This document shows, one piece after another, positions 57,667 to 64,000 of a stretch of 64,000 bases of DNA. The notes below the pieces were generated by a model. The model saw only the letters and a program-made list of their open reading frames with translations, had not been told where the DNA came from and did no database searches. How positions within the stretch are numbered: the stretch's first letter is position 1; each line of letters begins with the position of its first letter. Where the stretch lies: positions 179,441 to 243,440 of the forward strand of contig JAMLHC010000002.1 of the NCBI GenBank assembly GCA_023957335.1, given 5' to 3'. A program made the translations under genes and the position numbers. Origin of the DNA: Bacteroidota bacterium (GTDB taxonomy: Bacteria > Bacteroidota > Bacteroidia > NS11-12g > UBA955).

Positions 57667-60312
57667 ATGCAAGTTACACAAGCCAAAATATCCCCCCTGT
57701 TATTTGCATTGCTTGCATGGGTGTTTTGTTTTGAATCAAAGGCGCAATCCTTGCCGGACTCTATTGCTCAGAAAACATTCACACTCAACCTCAACAAGGT
57801 TCAGATGTCAGATATCTTGAACGACATCAGTAAACAAACAGGCATGCTTTTCAGTTACAAAAATGCCACTGTTGTCAAATTGGGGAAATATTCATTTTCA
57901 AACAAGCAGCTTACCTTAGCTGTGTTTTGCAATGAATATTTAAAGTCCAGAGATATTAATTATGTTTTTATCCCACCCAATATCATTGTTCTAAATCCAT
58001 TCAAACCAACTATTCCCAAAGCCTTTACAATCAATGGATTTGTTTCGGATAGTGCGAGCGGAGAAAAATTAATCGGCAGTAATATATTATTACCTAAAGA
58101 AAATGTAGGGGTAGCAAGCAATTACGAAGGTTTTTTTTCTATTCAAACTCATAACGATACATTGCGTATGCAGATTTCATATATAGGTTATCAAACTAAA
58201 TCTTTAGAACTGCCCATTTCTGAAAACCTGAGACTTGATATTAAACTGTCACAGTCTCTTAGCCTACCTATTGTTATTGTTACCAACAAGGAAGATAAAA
58301 ACTCTCTTACACAAGAGAACGGTAATCTTATCACATTAAAAGGTAAAAAAATTACTGATTTATCACCGTTATTCGGAGAGTCTGATGTGTTCAGAACCCT
58401 TCAATTATTACCGGGTATCCAATCCGTAGGAGAAGGCGCACCGGGTTTATTTGTCAGAGGCGGCAGTCCTGACCAGAATCTTGTGTTGTTAGATGGTATC
58501 CAAATTTACAATCCTATTCACATTTTCGGTTTTTACTCAATTTTTAATCCAGGGATTGTAAAGAATGTTGCATTAAACAAAGGATCATTTCCTGCTAAAT
58601 ATAGTGGAAGATTATCTTCAGTTATAGATGTTATCACCGTTGATGGAAATAGTCATAAAATCCAAGGAGAAGCAATGTTGGGAATAATGGGATCAAGATT
58701 GAGCATAGACGGGCCTATAGGTAAATCACATAAAACAACTTTTATGGTATCCGGACGTAGGTCTCATATTGATTTATTATTGGCTCCATTTCTCAAAGCA
58801 AACCTATCTACACAAAATGCGGGATTTCTCACCGCCTATTACTTTTATGATATTAATGCTAAAATAGTTCACCGCTTTAACAAGAACGCAAAAATCACAC
58901 TCAGTTTTTATAACGGGGGCGATAATATTTCCTTAAACAACTCATTCAAACTTGACAACCTGCAACATAAAATAAAAGAAAAAGACAGACAGAGTTTTGC
59001 ATGGGGCAATAAAGTTGCGGCAATCCGATGGGGGCAAATTTTATCATCAAAAACAATTCTAAAAACAACCGCATGGTATTCTTCTTATGATTTTGGTAAC
59101 ACAAGCAGATACTCTTTTGAAGAGACAACCAAAGACAGTTCATCGGAGAACTTTTTTGACTACCGTTTTGAATCTTTTATCAGGGACATTGGTGTTAATT
59201 CTGATATAGAATACTTTATTACAGAAAAGTGGAAATTGAATGGAGGAGTGCAATTCATATCTCACATGTTCCAACCCGGTGTAACCAGTTTAACGAGCAA
59301 TCTCCCTAATCTCGAGCCGGCAGTCAACATTACTGAAACGAGTATGGGTAATGAAGCATCAGTCTATATAGACAACGGATTTAATGTCGGGAAAAAAATT
59401 AAAGTAAACCTAGGATTAAATTATACAGAGTTTTTAGTCCAATCTAAACAATACCCATCGCTTCAACCACGGGTTTCGGTAATGTATAATCTGAATAAGC
59501 GCTTTATTATCAGTGTAGGATATGCACAAATGCAACAATACCTGCACTTACTGGCTAACTCTTCGATCGGGATACCACAAGATCTATGGATATTATCTAG
59601 TGATAAAATCATGCCTCAGAATAACAGCCTGTACAATCTCAGTTTCAAGCAAGAATTAAAGTTTGTCGATATCGGACTTGATTTGTTTTATAAGAATATG
59701 AACAATGTGATTGATTATAAAGATGGAGAAAATTATCTGAAAAACACAAATAATTGGGAAGATAAAATCACCATTGGCACCGGCAAAGCAATGGGAATAG
59801 AGTTGTTTATAGAAAAAGAAATAGGTCGTTTTACAGGTTGGATTGGATATTGTTTGTCAAACAGTACAAGACAATTTGCTGACATAAATGAGGGTAAGCC
59901 TTTTTTATATAGGTACAACCGTACACATGATTTAAGTTCAACAGCATCCTATAAAATCAATGATAGAAACACTATTTCCATAAACTTTATTTATGCAACC
60001 GGCACACCAATCACCATACCCGAACAAATATATTCAGGACTTTCCGCCTCCACCCCAACTGTTGATATTTTCATCCCCGGCAAAAGGAATAACTTTATCA
60101 TGGCAGACTATAACCGATTGGATATCAATTACAGTAATTACAAAAAGAATAAGTTAGGAATAAGAGTTTGGTCATTTGGCTTTTACAATGTTTATAATAA
60201 ACAAAATCCATTTTTTATCTCACCTGGATACAATGACAATGGTGAACGCGTCTTGAGACAAGTAACACTTTTCCCCATCATCCCATCCATCACATACAAA
60301 CAAGAATTTTGA
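57667..60312 (+). CDS. TonB-dependent receptor with N-terminal STN-like and carboxypeptidase-regulatory-like domains
   Basis: A signal peptide is followed by INGFVSDSASGEKLIGSNI. The plug reads DVFRTLQLLPGIQSVGEGAPGLFVRGGSPDQNLVLLDG. The C-terminus is beta-barrel-like. The ATG at 57667 is preferred to the TTG at 57655. Confidence 0.85.
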   Translation: MQVTQAKISPLLFALLAWVFCFESKAQSLPDSIAQKTFTLNLNKVQMSDILNDISKQTGMLFSYKNATVVKLGKYSFSNKQLTLAVFCNEYLKSRDINYVFIPPNIIVLNPFKPTIPKAFTINGFVSDSASGEKLIGSNILLPKENVGVASNYEGFFSIQTHNDTLRMQISYIGYQTKSLELPISENLRLDIKLSQSLSLPIVIVTNKEDKNSLTQENGNLITLKGKKITDLSPLFGESDVFRTLQLLPGIQSVGEGAPGLFVRGGSPDQNLVLLDGIQIYNPIHIFGFYSIFNPGIVKNVALNKGSFPAKYSGRLSSVIDVITVDGNSHKIQGEAMLGIMGSRLSIDGPIGKSHKTTFMVSGRRSHIDLLLAPFLKANLSTQNAGFLTAYYFYDINAKIVHRFNKNAKITLSFYNGGDNISLNNSFKLDNLQHKIKEKDRQSFAWGNKVAAIRWGQILSSKTILKTTAWYSSYDFGNTSRYSFEETTKDSSSENFFDYRFESFIRDIGVNSDIEYFITEKWKLNGGVQFISHMFQPGVTSLTSNLPNLEPAVNITETSMGNEASVYIDNGFNVGKKIKVNLGLNYTEFLVQSKQYPSLQPRVSVMYNLNKRFIISVGYAQMQQYLHLLANSSIGIPQDLWILSSDKIMPQNNSLYNLSFKQELKFVDIGLDLFYKNMNNVIDYKDGENYLKNTNNWEDKITIGTGKAMGIELFIEKEIGRFTGWIGYCLSNSTRQFADINEGKPFLYRYNRTHDLSSTASYKINDRNTISINFIYATGTPITIPEQIYSGLSASTPTVDIFIPGKRNNFIMADYNRLDINYSNYKKNKLGIRVWSFGFYNVYNKQNPFFISPGYNDNGERVLRQVTLFPIIPSITYKQEF

Positions 60313-61211
60313 GAAAAATACCATTCTATATTGCTCTTTTCTTATTGAGCTCTTGTACAAAGGATCTCCCCTTTCCAAATCTCAAATCGGAAAAAAAGAT
60401 GGTTGTAAACTGCTTTGTTTCAGTTGGCGAACCTATTAGGGTACAAGTCAGTGAAACCTATGCACCTTCTGAAGACGGAAAAAACAATTTTATAATTGGG
60501 GCAACAGTAACCCTTCTGGATTCCATAGGCGGCATTTTAGATGTTTTGATGAGCGATACGACAAACGGTAGTTATATTTCATCAATTATCGCACTTCCTT
60601 CAACAACTTATTCTATTGAGGTTAGAGATGATTCTAAATCATATTATTGTACATCACAAAGCAGAACCCCCGGTTCCAAACCTTCATTTACCTCAGATAC
60701 CTCACATATATTTTATCAAGGACGTCCGGATTTTTTTCAATTTAAAATTAAACTATCCGATAAGCCCGCAGAAGACAACTATTATTTATTTTATTGTTCC
60801 CGAACATACTATGAATACGTATACACTCATGGGCAACTCACTGATTCTTCACTCAAGACAGAATTTTTGAACCTCAATACAAATGATTATTGGTTTATCA
60901 GAAATAACAACACGCAATACTCAAAAAAAGAGTTATTGTTAGTCGATGACGGATTTAAAGGCTTGGTGGCTTATCCCAAATTTGGGACATTCTTAGCACC
61001 AACCAAAACCGCAGATGAACGCACAGTAATGATTACGTTGTATGTAAGTTCTTTATCCAAGGAGCGATACCTTTACACCAGTTCACTGAACGAATACCTT
61101 TTTTATCAATCAGACCCATTTTCTCAGAACACATCTGTTTTCTCCAACATAGCTTCCGGTTATGGCATCTTCGCTTCAGATTTTACCGATAAGATTGAAT
61201 ACCATTACTAA
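60309..61211 (+). CDS. DUF4249-like lipoprotein (usual partner of this TonB-receptor type)
   Basis: The lipobox is ALFLLSSC. It overlaps the receptor stop. The start is a TTG. Confidence 0.6.
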   Translation: MRKIPFYIALFLLSSCTKDLPFPNLKSEKKMVVNCFVSVGEPIRVQVSETYAPSEDGKNNFIIGATVTLLDSIGGILDVLMSDTTNGSYISSIIALPSTTYSIEVRDDSKSYYCTSQSRTPGSKPSFTSDTSHIFYQGRPDFFQFKIKLSDKPAEDNYYLFYCSRTYYEYVYTHGQLTDSSLKTEFLNLNTNDYWFIRNNNTQYSKKELLLVDDGFKGLVAYPKFGTFLAPTKTADERTVMITLYVSSLSKERYLYTSSLNEYLFYQSDPFSQNTSVFSNIASGYGIFASDFTDKIEYHY

Positions 61212-61236
61212 AGCCTAATATTTGAAATATTCCGGA

Positions 61237-61911
61237 TTACTTGATTTCTACATCATAAATTTTGGCTTCAAGCCCCGGCAACTCTGTTTCCGACTTTTCA
61301 ATTTCGTCAGCATTGTCGTCAAACTGAGCTCCATTAGTTGTTACGCGCAGCAGCCCTTTATCTATTTTTTCAAAACTTGTGGGCAGGGTTTCATCACAGC
61401 TATTGTAATCAATAGATCTGACTAAATTCCATTTTTGATTTGAGAAACTAAATACATCCATTCTGGACCAGCAGCTTTGAAACCAATAAGGAAAAAACAC
61501 AAGTTCATTATATCCATCCTCATTGATATCATCCAGCACTTTCACTTCGCCACCTAAACTTTGTTGAATATAGATAGGTGGAAGAGTATTGCCAAAACTA
61601 ACTTTGGTGATGCAGGGTCCATTGCAATCTTGCGGATTGTCTTCATTAGAATCATTCACAATAGGTGGTGTAATGAATATAGAATCCTGAATACTGTCAT
61701 TATTAATATCTGAAATAACTATGTTTCCAGTATTCAATCCTTCAACTTGAGACTCATTCCGATTCATGACCTGAGAAGCAGAGTCCGCGCTGCCACTTTC
61801 GTCATCTATTGTTGAATTATATTTTCCATTAATACAAGATTGTAGTCCAAAATTGCAAAGCAATAAGAATGCTGTTAGCAATCGAAAAGCCGATTTTTGC
61901 ATAATAAACAT
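61237..61911 (-). CDS. hypothetical lipoprotein
   Basis: The lipobox is FGLQSC. There is one FG-GAP/VCBS-like segment (DINEDGYNELVFF). Confidence 0.55.
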   Translation of the reverse strand: MFIMQKSAFRLLTAFLLLCNFGLQSCINGKYNSTIDDESGSADSASQVMNRNESQVEGLNTGNIVISDINNDSIQDSIFITPPIVNDSNEDNPQDCNGPCITKVSFGNTLPPIYIQQSLGGEVKVLDDINEDGYNELVFFPYWFQSCWSRMDVFSFSNQKWNLVRSIDYNSCDETLPTSFEKIDKGLLRVTTNGAQFDDNADEIEKSETELPGLEAKIYDVEIK

Positions 61912-61915
61912 CTGA

Positions 61916-62872
61916 TTATCTAACCCTTACACGATTTCCGGCACGGATTGTTGCATTTTGAGAAATTCCATTCAGTCTGCAAATCTGACTGATGGTGGTT
62001 CCATATTTCTTAGATATGCTATATAGTGTTTCACCATGCTGAATAGTATGGTACTTCCCTCCACCTCCGTTAGTTGAGCGCTTAGTCGGTTTGTATTTAA
62101 GGTAATTAAACAATGTAGGTTCAATCGTTAATTCATCACTGGCAATGTCTGCATACTCAAAATCAAAGATGTTTTCCGGATCAAACGCAACACCTCTAAA
62201 ACGTATTTCAAAATGGAGATGAGGACCGGTCGAACGTCCGGTATTACCACCCAAACCAACACAATCACCTGCTTTCACGATATCACCTATAGCCACATTA
62301 CGTTCGGACATGTGTGCATATATGGTTTCTAAGCCATTGAAATGCCTCACTACAACAAAATTACCAAAAGTAGGACTGTAGGTAGAAATTCTGACCATGC
62401 CATCAAACATATTCAATACAGTATCGCCAATATTGAGTCCAAAGTCTATGCCCTTGTGATGCCTTCCCCAACGTGGACCAAATGGAGAGGTTTTATATAA
62501 ACTTTTTAGTGGGAGTGAATATTCATCATTTGGACTTATAAACAGACAAACCGGAAAATCGTAAGTAATCTCTTTGATGTCAAATTGATATGGGTCTACC
62601 ACTGAAGTATCCCAATCAATAAAAAACTCATCAACCGGTCCAAATCTGAAGTTTTCATCTGAATTGTCTGATATAATGGGTTCGGAATAGGACGAGTTTT
62701 GAGCAGAATCTTTATCAATCGCCTTCCAAAAAGAGTGTGAATTATTGGCAGCAGTTGTATCAATCATTACGTTGAATGCTTTTGCCGAGTGAATTGATAA
62801 TAGCGCAAAAAGCACTATTGAAAACAAATTAATGAGGTTTATAGAGTATATTTTCTGCTTCAATCTTATCAT
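61916..62872 (-). CDS. M23 family metallopeptidase with C-terminal LysM domain
   Basis: HKGIDFG and GNTGRSTGPHLHFEIR are present. The LysM segment reads YHTIQHGETLYSISKKYGTTISQICRLNG. Confidence 0.85.
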   Translation of the reverse strand: MIRLKQKIYSINLINLFSIVLFALLSIHSAKAFNVMIDTTAANNSHSFWKAIDKDSAQNSSYSEPIISDNSDENFRFGPVDEFFIDWDTSVVDPYQFDIKEITYDFPVCLFISPNDEYSLPLKSLYKTSPFGPRWGRHHKGIDFGLNIGDTVLNMFDGMVRISTYSPTFGNFVVVRHFNGLETIYAHMSERNVAIGDIVKAGDCVGLGGNTGRSTGPHLHFEIRFRGVAFDPENIFDFEYADIASDELTIEPTLFNYLKYKPTKRSTNGGGGKYHTIQHGETLYSISKKYGTTISQICRLNGISQNATIRAGNRVRVR

Positions 62873-63764
62873 TTATAAGCTGTGCTTTAAGCTCATCTAA
62901 ACTGTCAAACTTTCTTTCTTCTCTCAAAAGGTGCACAAAATTCACTTGAATTTCCTCACCATAAATTGAGTTTGCAAAGTTAAAAATATTTACTTCAATT
63001 GAAAATCCTTTTTCAACAATAGTCGGATTGGCTCCAATACTCGACATTCCAAAGTATTTTTTTCCATGAATAACAATGCTCACTGCATACACTCCATGAG
63101 CCGGAATTAGCTTATGCATGTCCTTGATTTGTAAGTTTGCCGTAGGAAAACTCAAAGTTCTGCCAAGTTTTAGACCGTCAACTACTTCAGCAATCATAAT
63201 ATAAGGGCGCCCTAGTAAGTCATTGGCGGTTTTTAGATCTCCATTCAACAATGCTTTCCTAATATTGGTTGAGCTAACCGTCATTTCATCTGCTTCTTGG
63301 GCTCCGATTTGAACCAGATCAAATTGGTATTTTTCTTTTAATGAATTTAACAAACTATAATCCCCGCGCCTATGCTTGCCAAAGCGATGGTCATATCCAA
63401 CAACAAACGTATTTACATTAAACCTTTCAAATAAGATATCACGTACAAAATCCTCCGGTTCGATAGAAGCAAACTCCGGATTGAAAGGAATCATCACAAG
63501 ATTGTCAAGTCCGGCTTCCTCAAGCAATACAATCTTTTCTTCCATAGTAGAAAGTAATTTTAATTCACTTGGATGTGTATTCAAAACATGGCGGGGATGC
63601 GGATAGAAAGTCAATAGCACTGTCTCCCCTCCTACTTTAGAAGCTATTTCTTTCATGCGTTCAATAATTTTGCGATGTCCCAAATGGACACCATCAAAAG
63701 TGCCTTGGGTTAGCACAGCATTCTTAAAAGTATCTTTGAACGGAAGTGAGGTAAATAGTTTCAT
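62829..63764 (-). CDS. ribF: bifunctional riboflavin kinase / FMN adenylyltransferase
   Basis: LTQGTFDGVHLGHRKII, TFYPHPR, and the C-terminal kinase motif PTANL..GVYAV are present. Confidence 0.9.
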   Translation of the reverse strand: MKLFTSLPFKDTFKNAVLTQGTFDGVHLGHRKIIERMKEIASKVGGETVLLTFYPHPRHVLNTHPSELKLLSTMEEKIVLLEEAGLDNLVMIPFNPEFASIEPEDFVRDILFERFNVNTFVVGYDHRFGKHRRGDYSLLNSLKEKYQFDLVQIGAQEADEMTVSSTNIRKALLNGDLKTANDLLGRPYIMIAEVVDGLKLGRTLSFPTANLQIKDMHKLIPAHGVYAVSIVIHGKKYFGMSSIGANPTIVEKGFSIEVNIFNFANSIYGEEIQVNFVHLLREERKFDSLDELKAQLINDKIEAENILYKPH

Positions 63765-64000
63765 TTTACTTTCATATAATCTCCCAAGCCTTCGATTGTA
63801 AAAGCATCTTCTAATCTAAAATCTCCGATTTGGGTACGGCATAAACTGTTCAGGTAAGCTCCGGTTCCTAATATTTCTCCCAAGTCATGGGCAATGCTGC
63901 GAATATAGGTTCCTTTGCTACATCTAATCATAAAGCCTATTAACGGAAAATTAAATTCAGTAATTGCAAATTCATGCACTGTAACTTGACGCGATTTCAA
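63761..64000 (-). CDS. truB: tRNA pseudouridine(55) synthase TruB, C-terminal part only (gene continues beyond the window)
   Basis: CSKGTYIRSIAHDLGEILGTGAYLNSLCRTQIG is present. The ORF is open to the window edge. Confidence 0.85.
   Translation of the reverse strand: MKSRQVTVHEFAITEFNFPLIGFMIRCSKGTYIRSIAHDLGEILGTGAYLNSLCRTQIGDFRLEDAFTIEGLGDYMKVK

Overview
Low-GC Bacteroidota-type chromosomal segment, judged from T9SS C-terminal sorting domains, a PorQ-like protein, a TonB receptor plus DUF4249 pair, and TAnnTTTG-like promoter boxes. All calls come from reading the ORF translations and the DNA by eye; no database search was run.

nt 1-15.1 kb is an accessory island. It holds the 3' ~6 kb of a very large Rhs/YD-repeat polymorphic-toxin gene, whose 5' end lies outside the window and whose C-terminal tip is OmpA-like. 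It also holds four 5'-truncated orphan Rhs-tip toxin cassettes. Two have the same core terminus as the resident gene (class A). Two have a different terminus and carry HExxH metallopeptidase tips (class B). Each toxin is followed by a small signal-peptide or lipoprotein ORF, taken as putative immunity by position only.

The cassettes form two convergent arrays that meet at 8714-8733. The minus-strand array is capped by a tyrosine recombinase at 13944-15044. A G/T-rich DNA motif (GGTAGTGTTGTAGA) marks the 3' ends of three immunity ORFs. A perfect 20-bp inverted pair of it (6802-6821 and 12155-12174) brackets a 5.3-kb interval with mirror-image ends: terminator, conserved leader, class-A toxin. 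I read this as a candidate recombinase-driven or inversion-driven toxin-cassette shuffling system. That is inference, not demonstrated, and I cannot verify novelty.

nt 15.6-64 kb is ordinary core genome: fabG, tatC, rpiB, kdsB, pyrG, gltX, a tetR-paaABCD operon, pyrC, carB, recN, pfkA, lon, porQ, cmk, pruA, an enoyl-CoA hydratase, a 2-oxoacid dehydrogenase E2, recG, ribF and partial truB. Minor curiosities there are a seven-heme cytochrome c-TPR fusion, a cargo-less T9SS CTD mini-protein and a 605-aa protein I cannot place. No rRNA, tRNA or CRISPR array was recognised.
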